From Patescibacteria group bacterium (GTDB taxonomy: Bacteria; Patescibacteriota; JABMPQ01; JAHIRA01), in contig JAHISJ010000002.1 in NCBI GenBank assembly GCA_018818205.1, forward strand, positions 3,895 to 67,894: a stretch of 64,000 nt of DNA. The letters run 5' to 3'. Under the pieces are notes generated by a model. It ran no database searches. It was not told the origin of the DNA and saw only the letters and a program-made list of their open reading frames with translations. Below, one piece after another: positions 51,794-60,790 of the stretch (its first letter is position 1; every line of letters starts with the position of its first letter). The position numbers and the translations under genes were made by a program.

Positions 51794-53647
51794 ATGACTG
51801 TGAAAAAAGCAGTAAGCCTGGTTACCATACCAGAGGTATTTGAGGCATTTATTCGTGAACAACTTAAAGTAGTTTTTGGCATTAAAGATGCAGAGATTAA
51901 AGTAGAACGGCCACCTAATGAGATGTTGGGAGACTTTGCTGCTCCACTTCATTCATTGGCAAGAGTTCTGAAGAGGGCTCCCAAGCTCATTGCACAGGAA
52001 TTTATTGAGAAATCAAAAGAAGAAGTTCCTCCGTGGATTCAATCCTATTTTGATACAAACGGTTATGTGAATATGACCGTTGCTCCAGCGTTTATCGCTG
52101 AGCAAATTTTTGGTGATCTTGAGGCATTTATGACTGTTTCGCATCTAAGACCGGAGACAGCAGGGCAGAAAATTATGGTTGAATCTCCTTCGCCCAACAC
52201 CAATAAACCATTTCATCTTGGGCATATCAGAAATGGACTTTTGGGATCCGCGATAGTACGCTTGCTTCGGTTCCTGGGGTTTGACGTTATTGCAGCAAAT
52301 CTCTTGAATGACCGTGGTATTCATATTTGTAAATCGATGATTGCGTATGAGCGGCAGTACAATGGGCAAACACCCGAATCGATTGGTTTAAAAGGTGATC
52401 ATTTTATTGGAAAGTGCTATGTACTTTTTGAAACGTGGATTAAGCTTGAATTAAAAGAACTTTTTAAAAAGAAATACGGAGCTGATCCAGATGTAGAATT
52501 TGATGATGTTAAAGATGAACTACTTAGAGAATCAAAGCTTCAACAAGAAGCACTTGTTATGCTTAAAAAATGGGAAGAAGAGGATCCTGACGTTCGGAAA
52601 TTGTGGAAAGAGCTTGATGGGTGGGTGGTTTCTGGCTTTGAAGAGACTCTTGCGCGTCTTGGAATTTCACATGACAAGGTTTATCGAGAGAGTGATACCT
52701 ATACTTTAGGTAGGAAAATTATTGAACAAGGACTTGCAAAGGGGCTCTTTAAACGGCGTGAAGACGGTGCAGTAATTATTGATCTCTCAAGCCATGGTTT
52801 TGATCCCAAGGTGCTCTTACGTCCAGACGGGACAACAGTTTATATGACTCAAGATATTGGTACTGCAGAGCTTAAAGAGGAAGATTTTGGTCTTAGGCGC
52901 TCAATTTATGTGGTCGCCAATGAACAAGATCATCACTTTAAGGTCTTGTTTAAAATTCTTGAGCTTCTTGGATATTCATGGGCAGGAGGGCTCTACCACC
53001 TCTCATACGGGATGGTGGAATTGCCTGAAGGCCGTATGAAATCACGCGAAGGAACTGTGGTTGATGCAGATGACTTAATGGAAGAAGTCGTTGCATTGGC
53101 GCGAGAGGTAACGGGAGTTAAATTTGCTGAGCGGAAGCAGGATATTTCTGAAGAAGAGCTTGATGTCATCGCAGAAAAGCTTGGCATTGGTGCTCTCAAA
53201 TTCCATTTTCTCTTGGCACGTCCAGAGAGCAGAATCAAATTTAATCCGGCAAAGGCTGTTACATTTGAAGGGAAAACGGGACCATTTGTGTCTTACGTTT
53301 TTGCGCGGATTCATAGCATGCTTACAAAGGGTAGCTTTGATTCAAGTGCTTCAATTGACACTGGAGTTCTTGCTCAGCCGGTTGAACGATCACTTCTTAT
53401 GAATCTTGCAGGCTTTCAGACAGTTGTTTTGCGAGCTGCTGACGAGCTTGATCCGTCGCTTATTGTTGATTATGTTTTTAAGTTGGCACAAGCATTTAAC
53501 TCTTTCTACAATACTAGAGAGTGTAAAGTTCTTAGTGCAGACACAGAAGAACTTAAAAACGCTCGGCTTATGCTGAGCTTTGTTACCGCCCGTGTTATTG
53601 AAAAATGCATGGATCTCTTGGGCATTCAGGTGCCAAAGCGGATGTAG
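51794..53647 (+). CDS. argS: arginine--tRNA ligase
   Basis: SPNTNKPFHLGH, NDRG and RMKSREG motifs; DALR domain. Confidence 0.95.
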   Translation: MTVKKAVSLVTIPEVFEAFIREQLKVVFGIKDAEIKVERPPNEMLGDFAAPLHSLARVLKRAPKLIAQEFIEKSKEEVPPWIQSYFDTNGYVNMTVAPAFIAEQIFGDLEAFMTVSHLRPETAGQKIMVESPSPNTNKPFHLGHIRNGLLGSAIVRLLRFLGFDVIAANLLNDRGIHICKSMIAYERQYNGQTPESIGLKGDHFIGKCYVLFETWIKLELKELFKKKYGADPDVEFDDVKDELLRESKLQQEALVMLKKWEEEDPDVRKLWKELDGWVVSGFEETLARLGISHDKVYRESDTYTLGRKIIEQGLAKGLFKRREDGAVIIDLSSHGFDPKVLLRPDGTTVYMTQDIGTAELKEEDFGLRRSIYVVANEQDHHFKVLFKILELLGYSWAGGLYHLSYGMVELPEGRMKSREGTVVDADDLMEEVVALAREVTGVKFAERKQDISEEELDVIAEKLGIGALKFHFLLARPESRIKFNPAKAVTFEGKTGPFVSYVFARIHSMLTKGSFDSSASIDTGVLAQPVERSLLMNLAGFQTVVLRAADELDPSLIVDYVFKLAQAFNSFYNTRECKVLSADTEELKNARLMLSFVTARVIEKCMDLLGIQVPKRM

Positions 53648-53702
53648 CTACTTCCAAAAATTATTTATCACCACAAAATCTAAAAAGGTTTTGTGGTTTT
53701 TT

Positions 53703-54434
53703 TTATGTACGTTTTTCTCCAATACCGATCATATGACGTGCAAATTCTGCAGGTATGGTATTACAAAAGGAGGTTTCTTTTTCTAAAAAATGTATTAATT
53801 GTTTCAATGATAGATTGCGCCGCGTATCAATAACTGTTGAAAAGCGATTATACGTATTCAAAAAATAGTTAATGCCAACCACAGAAATGCTTTCTAAGGG
53901 AGAGAGTAATTTTTTAAGCATTGCGGAGGTGTAGAATATTTTTTTTATTTCTTTATTTAAAGCCGTGCTATCGTCTATAATTTCTAGCTTATATTGGACT
54001 CTCTTGGTGTATGGCATGAGGGCAATATAACCATTTGGCTTTACCACTCTTATAATTTCTGTAATAAGTTTTTTTGGAGACAACGAATAAGACAGAGGAC
54101 CGTATAGGCTGACGACTGAATCAAAGGTGTTGCATTTAAAAGGTAAATTGTGCATATCTCCAGTGATGAATCTTTTTTTTGGATATTTTTTATTTGAAAG
54201 GTTAACCATCTCGTGTGATAGTTCGATGCCAGTGTAATTATCAATGTCTAACATTTCACAGAGAAGTCCATTTCCTGAACCAATATCTAGCACTTTACCT
54301 GTAGCAATAGGTTTTAATATTTTTGATATAATAACGTCTTCAGCTTTGCAAATAAAAGACGAGTATGTTTTATCATAATCCAATGCTTTGGAATCATAGT
54401 AACGGCGAAGCTGATTTAATTTTTCTTTGTTCAT
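53703..54434 (-). CDS. class I SAM-dependent methyltransferase
   Basis: VLDIGSGNG and GDMHNLPF...FDSVV motifs. Confidence 0.88.
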   Translation of the reverse strand: MNKEKLNQLRRYYDSKALDYDKTYSSFICKAEDVIISKILKPIATGKVLDIGSGNGLLCEMLDIDNYTGIELSHEMVNLSNKKYPKKRFITGDMHNLPFKCNTFDSVVSLYGPLSYSLSPKKLITEIIRVVKPNGYIALMPYTKRVQYKLEIIDDSTALNKEIKKIFYTSAMLKKLLSPLESISVVGINYFLNTYNRFSTVIDTRRNLSLKQLIHFLEKETSFCNTIPAEFARHMIGIGEKRT

Positions 54435-54447
54435 TTGTTTTGCTTTT

Positions 54448-55638
54448 CTATTTAAACCACTCTTTTGCTATAGAAAAATATACCTCTGGCGCCTTGTTAA
54501 GTTCAGTAATATTTATACGTTCATCTGCCACGTGGCTGTACTTAGGATTGCCTGGCCCATATTCATTTATTGTCTTAAATCCTGCATTCCCCCAAAAAGG
54601 CGCATCATTAGCACCAGGGGTTGCAAATGATTGAGGGGCTTTATTGAGCATTTTTTTCACTCCTCTTTTGAATATATCCAAAACGGGGTCGTCATCATGA
54701 AGTGCGTGTCCGGGAACGGGCGGGTGAAGATAGTTATGTGAAATTTTAAAGCCGGATTCCTTATGCTCTAAAAGAAATCGTTTTAATTCATCATTAAGTA
54801 AATAGAATTGGTTTGCAAAAAGAATGGGCCCCACACGACAATCAAATGTTGCAGTCGCAGTAGCGGGAAGACTATTTGGTTTTGCGGGGACAATATTGCT
54901 ATCAATAATCCCAAGATTAGACTCAAGGGTGGTGAGAGTAATGGTGTGTGTGTTAAACGCGTGCTCCGGATATTTTTTGTTTAGTGTTTTTTCGAGCGAG
55001 CTTATATCTGAAATGATAGCCGCAAGTTTTACTGCTGCATTTTTTCCCTGATGAGATCTTGACGCATGTGCACTTTTTCCGGTGATAGTCACTGTTATAA
55101 ATGCATTTCCTTTGTTACCAATAGAAAAATGTCTAAGACCAGTAGGCTCACCGACAATAACAAGAGTCTCTTCAAGGATGGGTTTTATTTTTTCTGTGAG
55201 ATAGGGAACAAGCGCTTCTGTTCCAGCGCCACTTGTTTCTTCGTGCGATACGAGAGCAACAATCATGCGATACTCTTTCGCAAGTTCACTTTTAGAAAAT
55301 GCAAGAAGAGTATGTAACATACTTGCACCGATACCTTTTGCATCGTTTGCACCAAGTCCAAAGAGATATCCATCATGCTCATGAGGATCGAACGGTTTTG
55401 TTTCTTTCCAGCCTTGTGGCTCAGGTACGACCGTGTCTAAATGCGTGGTCAAAATAATAGTCCGCGGTCCCTTTCCGGAAGAAAGGAAAATATTGGTTAA
55501 CCCCTTTTTTTCTTGAATAGTTTGTGAAATATGGTGTTCTTTTCCCCAACTTTTAACAAATTTCATAATTGCATCCTCGTTTCCCGAGGTGCTGGGGATG
55601 GAGATGAGTTGTTTTGCGAGGGTTGTTGGTGTCATCAT
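54448..55638 (-). CDS. M20 family metallo-amidohydrolase (ArgE/DapE-like), copy 1
   Basis: THLDTV, GLGANDAKG, EET, GEPT, HAS and HVADE motifs. Confidence 0.88.
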   Translation of the reverse strand: MMTPTTLAKQLISIPSTSGNEDAIMKFVKSWGKEHHISQTIQEKKGLTNIFLSSGKGPRTIILTTHLDTVVPEPQGWKETKPFDPHEHDGYLFGLGANDAKGIGASMLHTLLAFSKSELAKEYRMIVALVSHEETSGAGTEALVPYLTEKIKPILEETLVIVGEPTGLRHFSIGNKGNAFITVTITGKSAHASRSHQGKNAAVKLAAIISDISSLEKTLNKKYPEHAFNTHTITLTTLESNLGIIDSNIVPAKPNSLPATATATFDCRVGPILFANQFYLLNDELKRFLLEHKESGFKISHNYLHPPVPGHALHDDDPVLDIFKRGVKKMLNKAPQSFATPGANDAPFWGNAGFKTINEYGPGNPKYSHVADERINITELNKAPEVYFSIAKEWFK

Positions 55639-55678
55639 CTACTAGTACGCTAGCATAAAATAGAAAAAAAGAAAAATA

Positions 55679-56749
55679 TTAGGCTGGTACTCCGAGCCCA
55701 AAACCTGTAGGAATCTCAATATCAAAATCGTGATATACGAGCCCCTTGCTCATATTTGAATCAATTCTATCTGGTCTGGTAAGATCATAGCACATAAAAT
55801 CGCCAAGTGTCGCAGCGTGTAAATTGTATGCAGTGCCAATTGACGAGTGTATCATATCTCCTAATACGTATTGGATGCTATTATTCTTGCAATATTCTAT
55901 CATACGTTTAGTTTCAAGCAGCCCTCCTGTCTTTGCGAGCTTAATATTGATCATATCTATGGCACATACTCTGTGCAGATTTTTTAGGTCAAAAAGAGTA
56001 TGACAGCTCTCATCTGCCATGAGACTAACAGGAAGTTCCTTTTTTAGTGCTGCAAAGGCTTCAAAGTTGTGTGCACTAAATGGTTGTTCGAGCCATGCGA
56101 TGTTTTCTGGATTTATTTTTGAGATAAAACCAAGCGCCTCTTTTGGTGTATTCCACGCCTGATTTGCGTCAAAGATAAGTTTGATGTCAGGAAATGCAGA
56201 AGCAATGGTAGCTATGGTCTCTTTTTCTGCGTTTTCATCTCCGCCTACTTTAAGTTTAATGTAAGGAACATTTTTTGAAAGCGCATCAGCAATAGAATCA
56301 ATTAAACCAGAACTTTCTTGATCCTCAAAGGAAAGTGTTTTGATAGTAGTGACTGAGTCTTTCTTTTTTCCTCCAAGGAGCTCAAAAATAGGCTTATTTA
56401 CTTTTTTACCAAGAGCATCAAGAAGCGCTGATTCAATAGCGGTTTTTATTCCGGTGTTACCATAAAGCTCTGATTCAAGATCAGACAAGATACTTTGGAC
56501 GTCTTGAACTGAATTCAACTTCTTATCTTCTATTACGTCTCGAACTAACGTGACGGCTTCTATGCTTCCTGCCTGTGTTTCGCCAGTCACATCCCACGCA
56601 AGCGCTGCCTCACCGTTTCCTTGTATGCTTTCATCTGTCTGAGTAGTGATGAGCGTGTAAGGTAGAGTGGTAAGCGTGAGCGTATGATAAGAAAACGGTT
56701 TTTTAAGACCAATACTATATGGTTTTGCGGATATATGCTTTATTTCCAT
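55679..56749 (-). CDS. enolase superfamily enzyme (dipeptide epimerase / mandelate racemase-MLE subgroup)
   Basis: KLKVG, DANQ, EQP, ADES, NIKLAKTGG and GFGLGV motifs. Confidence 0.85.
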   Translation of the reverse strand: MEIKHISAKPYSIGLKKPFSYHTLTLTTLPYTLITTQTDESIQGNGEAALAWDVTGETQAGSIEAVTLVRDVIEDKKLNSVQDVQSILSDLESELYGNTGIKTAIESALLDALGKKVNKPIFELLGGKKKDSVTTIKTLSFEDQESSGLIDSIADALSKNVPYIKLKVGGDENAEKETIATIASAFPDIKLIFDANQAWNTPKEALGFISKINPENIAWLEQPFSAHNFEAFAALKKELPVSLMADESCHTLFDLKNLHRVCAIDMINIKLAKTGGLLETKRMIEYCKNNSIQYVLGDMIHSSIGTAYNLHAATLGDFMCYDLTRPDRIDSNMSKGLVYHDFDIEIPTGFGLGVPA

Positions 56750-56752
56750 GAT

Positions 56753-57814
56753 TTAGAACGATTTTAATCCCGTTCCTGTAATAATCAGCGCAACTTTTTT
56801 AAGATTCAGATCACGGCATTTCTCTAACGCTGGAAATACAGATGCCGCAGTTGGCTCAATACAAAGTGCTTCTTTTTTTAAAGCAATTGCATTCCACGTT
56901 TTAATTTCACTGTCGGTTACTTCAATAACGGTACCGTTTGTTTTTTTGAGCGCGTTAATCGCTTTTGGGGAACAGTAGCTTTCAAGGGCTACAATACCTT
57001 CGGCAATAGAATCTTCAATGTCATCTAATATTTCATAATCTGTGTCGTTCTTTAAAGCCATTGCGATGGGTGCGGCATTTTTAACTTGTATTCCAATGAG
57101 CTTTGGATATGACTTAAGAGCGCCTGATTCCTTCATTTTTTGCATGCCATTAAAGATTCCTGAAAGTAATGACCCGTTTCCCATAGGAACTACAATTGCA
57201 TCAACAAAACCAATATCATGAACAATTTCCGGACAAATACTCTCATCTCCCAGTTCTCTAAAGGGGTTTTGCCCGGCGGAAACATGAAATGGCGCATGCT
57301 GGTCATCAACGACCTTTCTGTATACATCTTCAAAAAAGCCATCAATGAAATGAATTACCCCGTTAAATTTTTTGATGAGACGTATTTTTTCTTTAGATGT
57401 TTTTTTGGGAATAAAGCAATGACACGCAATGTCTGCTTTTAAAGCGTAGGCTGCCGCAGAAAGCGCGGCGTTTCCGGAAGAGATAACAGAAACCTCTTTT
57501 TTACCTAAAAGTTTTGCAACGTTTATGGCGACTTCACTTTCTCTATCTTTAAATGACCCTGTCGGATTAAAATGTTCACATTTAGCGTATACTTCCGGTA
57601 TGTCTACTAAACGGGAAACATGATGAAGCACGACTGTAGGGGTTTTAAAAAGACCGAGAGTAACCCATGGGGCTCCCGCTTCTCCTTGTATGGTTTCAAG
57701 ACTTACAGTAGGAATAAAATAATCATAATAAGGAGTGGTGGAGCAACATTTTGGCAGGCGACCAGTATAGGTGAATTCTTTGTTGCAGGTGATACATTGT
57801 ATTGTAAAAGTCAT
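56753..57814 (-). CDS. threonine synthase-like PLP-dependent enzyme (fold type II)
   Basis: NPTGSFKDR, SSGNAA, PMGNGS and ITGTGLK motifs; N-terminal CxxC. Confidence 0.85.
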   Translation of the reverse strand: MTFTIQCITCNKEFTYTGRLPKCCSTTPYYDYFIPTVSLETIQGEAGAPWVTLGLFKTPTVVLHHVSRLVDIPEVYAKCEHFNPTGSFKDRESEVAINVAKLLGKKEVSVISSGNAALSAAAYALKADIACHCFIPKKTSKEKIRLIKKFNGVIHFIDGFFEDVYRKVVDDQHAPFHVSAGQNPFRELGDESICPEIVHDIGFVDAIVVPMGNGSLLSGIFNGMQKMKESGALKSYPKLIGIQVKNAAPIAMALKNDTDYEILDDIEDSIAEGIVALESYCSPKAINALKKTNGTVIEVTDSEIKTWNAIALKKEALCIEPTAASVFPALEKCRDLNLKKVALIITGTGLKSF

Positions 57815-57985
57815 TTTATTGACAAAAAAGTAATAAAGACATACAGTCATTATATGGATCACGACACAGTTAGTCAAAGCATTTTTCTGAATCGTAGAAC
57901 CTAAAGGACTCGCAGTTATAGTCTTTATTTTTAGTGATAAAGCCTATATAGCGAGTTTTTTTGCGCTTTTTGGTTAGGAGGAAGT

Positions 57986-58534
57986 ATGAGAATAATAGAA
58001 GCAGGCCATTATTACCAGGCCCACGGCCCGACTGAATTTTCAAAGTTGGGCTGGGGAATATTAGTGCGGTTGTTAACGGAAGAAGACAAAGCACTTTTAT
58101 GGATTGACGATGTACATAGTTTAAAAGATGTACCAAAACAAGAAAAGAAAATGGATGTTGTTGAATTTGACCCAAGAACCCATTTTCGTCTACTTGAATC
58201 AGCTATGGTTCCGTATGCTCGGAAAATTTTTGATCGGTTGATGCTGCTTCCTAAAAGAAAAAAACCAAGGAAGCGCAAAGATGGCGGTTGGAGCTTAAAC
58301 GGAGACATTCGACTCTTTTGGCCGGACGGAATGCCTACTTGTGTGATGCTGGATGCGGGACTTTCGCTTTGGAAACTAGAGCAAGGATTTAAAGTAGGTA
58401 TTAATATTCTTCCTGCATTCTACGGAGAACAACAACAATCGCTCTTAAAAATATTAGGCAAAGCGCTCCCAGAATTTGATCAACAAGTGGTATTGTTTGA
58501 TGTGGAAGGAGGCTATTATTTCATGGAAAAATGA
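57986..58534 (+). CDS. minimal class I aminoacyl-tRNA synthetase-like (ArgRS core-like) protein
   Basis: SD AGGAGG; EAGHYY and WIDD motifs, plus segments that align by eye to the ArgRS core (ES..RKI..RKDG; PDG...D.G....K.E.G...I...L.KIL). Confidence 0.6.
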   Translation: MRIIEAGHYYQAHGPTEFSKLGWGILVRLLTEEDKALLWIDDVHSLKDVPKQEKKMDVVEFDPRTHFRLLESAMVPYARKIFDRLMLLPKRKKPRKRKDGGWSLNGDIRLFWPDGMPTCVMLDAGLSLWKLEQGFKVGINILPAFYGEQQQSLLKILGKALPEFDQQVVLFDVEGGYYFMEK

Positions 58535-58682
58535 ATAGAAAAATTTGATGGAAGACGCAAAAAGCATCTTCCTTTTTTTTATGGAAAGATTTTTTTGCAA
58601 AGAAAAAGGCACACATAACTATGTGTGCTCAGTAAAATCATTCCATACGTTTTTGTCAGCAATAGCGCTATTTTATTTAGCC

Positions 58683-59909
58683 TTAGTCGTTTTCTATCCA
58701 AGCGCTTGTAACAGCCATGTACATCAAAACCGCTTCAGCCATCTCAGAAATACTATTCCACTCATCGGGAATGTGATTCCTGTGTCTGTCCCCTGGTCCA
58801 AATTCATTAATAGTGTCAAAACCAGCTTCGCCCCAGAAGAACGCGTCGTTTGCACCGGTGGAAATATGCATCTTAGCACGGTTGCCGGACTTTTCAAGAA
58901 CTACCTGCTCGAGTGTTCGTGCTGCTTTTCCTTCTGTGTCGGTAACATGACCTTCCACAGGGGAATGCAAAAAATTAACGTCTGCCGTAAAACTTTCATG
59001 AAGTGATTTTTGAACATGTTCTTCTAGTAGCTTTGCAAAAAGTGCGAAGTTATCAACAAAAAGCGGCTCACCCATTCTGCAATCTAAAATAACTGTTGCG
59101 GTATTTGGAATAGTGTTGGGTTTTGCTGGGACAATTTCTCCATCGGTAAAAATCAGATTTGAATTCAATCCTGTAACTGAGATTGTCGGTTTTCCAAGAA
59201 CAGGATCAGTGTAGTCTCTTATTAGTATTTCTTCAAAAGTAGAGATAGAATGTACAATCGAGCAAGTTTCTGCTGCTGCGTTTAGACCACGTTCAGGTGT
59301 TGATCCGTGACAGCTCTTACCGTGAATAGTTATTTTAATAAAAGCATTACCCTTATTGGCACAGGTGTATCCATCAAGACCGGTCGGCTCACCAACAATA
59401 ACCATGGTTTTTTGAGGATCTATCACCAGCTCTTTCAAATGGTCTTTAAAATAGTCAGCAGTAATCCGAGAGCCAAGTCCACTGGTTTCCTCCTGGGAAA
59501 CCAGCGCAACAATAATACGTCCGTGTTTTGCGGCTTCTGTGATTGCAAAATGTTTTGCAGCAAGCATCATTGAGACTGCAATACCGGTTGCGTCATTGGA
59601 CCCAAGTCCGTAAAGCCTGTCATCAACCACTTTGGGAGAAAAGGGATCAGTGACGGTCCATTTCTTCGGAGAGGGAACAACAGTATCAAGATGTGTGGTA
59701 AGAATAAGCGTGGGTCCAGTCGGCTCCCCAACTGCAAATGAAATGTTTACTGATCCATCCTTTTCTATCTTAACCGGAGAACAGTTCAAATTGTTGGAAA
59801 CCCAAGTAAGTACTGCTTCAATAACGTTAGCTTCGTTTCCAGAGGTGCTTGGGATAGCAATGAGCTTAGAACAAAGCTCAGTCACTTCCCTTTGGATTTC
59901 AAATGACAT
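58683..59909 (-). CDS. M20 family metallo-amidohydrolase (ArgE/DapE-like), copy 2
   Basis: THLDTV, GLGSND, EET, GEPT, HGS and HIPDE motifs; SD TAGGAGG before ATG 59909. Confidence 0.88.
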   Translation of the reverse strand: MSFEIQREVTELCSKLIAIPSTSGNEANVIEAVLTWVSNNLNCSPVKIEKDGSVNISFAVGEPTGPTLILTTHLDTVVPSPKKWTVTDPFSPKVVDDRLYGLGSNDATGIAVSMMLAAKHFAITEAAKHGRIIVALVSQEETSGLGSRITADYFKDHLKELVIDPQKTMVIVGEPTGLDGYTCANKGNAFIKITIHGKSCHGSTPERGLNAAAETCSIVHSISTFEEILIRDYTDPVLGKPTISVTGLNSNLIFTDGEIVPAKPNTIPNTATVILDCRMGEPLFVDNFALFAKLLEEHVQKSLHESFTADVNFLHSPVEGHVTDTEGKAARTLEQVVLEKSGNRAKMHISTGANDAFFWGEAGFDTINEFGPGDRHRNHIPDEWNSISEMAEAVLMYMAVTSAWIEND

Positions 59910-59990
59910 TATTCCTCCTAGATATAAAAAAAGCACACATAGCGCATGCTTAATGAAGTGTAACAGTAAATGGATTATTGTAAATAGCTA

Positions 59991-60383
59991 TCAAATAGTG
60001 GGATTATACTCGCCAAACTTTTTGCCACGTTCGACAACAGTCACCTCAACCTCAGCAAAACCAAAAAATTCTTGAGTAAAAGCAACAATAGCATCCACAG
60101 GAATATCCGTTTTACACGTGGCAATGTCTATCATGACAAACCCTCGCTCGTCAAAAGTATGGATCGCAATGTGGCTTTCACTAATGACAGTAACACCTGT
60201 CACGCCACCTCTGTCTTTTTCTGAGACTGGTTTTGCGACAAGATTGTGGGGTCCAAAAAGTACGTTCATGCCACACAGGCGCGTAGCTTCCAATTGATAT
60301 TCGGTGATTGCCTCAGTATCACAAAACAATGCGTTGTTTCCCCCATAACAATCAAGAATAATGTGTAAACCGAAAAATGACAT
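59991..60383 (-). CDS. pyruvoyl-dependent S-adenosylmethionine decarboxylase family proenzyme (SpeD-like)
   Basis: FGLHIILD, GGVTGVTVISESHIAIHT (E-S self-cleavage site) and DIATC motifs. Confidence 0.88.
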   Translation of the reverse strand: MSFFGLHIILDCYGGNNALFCDTEAITEYQLEATRLCGMNVLFGPHNLVAKPVSEKDRGGVTGVTVISESHIAIHTFDERGFVMIDIATCKTDIPVDAIVAFTQEFFGFAEVEVTVVERGKKFGEYNPTI

Positions 60384-60481
60384 TGCGTCCCATCCTTTTT
60401 TTGTTGAAAATGATCTAAAAAAGCATTGTGATTGTATCACTGCTCTCTCTATATCTCAATGATATTTTTGACGCATTATAC

Positions 60482-60510
60482 TTGTCAAACTGTTTTTTTT
60501 CTGATACGCT
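60482..60510 (+). promoter_or_regulatory. probable sigma70 promoter upstream of the rny leader
   Basis: TTGTCA-17 bp-TACGCT with an extended TG. Confidence 0.5.
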
Positions 60511-60790
60511 TGATATGCTTTGAGAGTTGAGTGTTAGTCAGGCAGTTTGGATAGTAGGTGATAACTGACCTACAGAGGCTCAAAGCTACATAATCATTAA
60601 ATAGGATTCCTTTAAGATGTACAGTACAAAGATGAAAAGGATGAAAAGCTAGGACAGTGGAGCGTTATACTATGAATCATTTTTCTTTCAGTGATTTAAG
60701 TACAGCAGAATACAGAAGTATCTTATGCGGCGCATAGGGTAGATCTTTGTGCACACATGCTCTTTTGGGACTCCGTAAGGGAGAAATCGT

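Noticed and set aside
56753-57814. Naming the gene thrC
   Set aside because: The fold motifs fit, but there is no threonine pathway context, so the specific function is unsupported.
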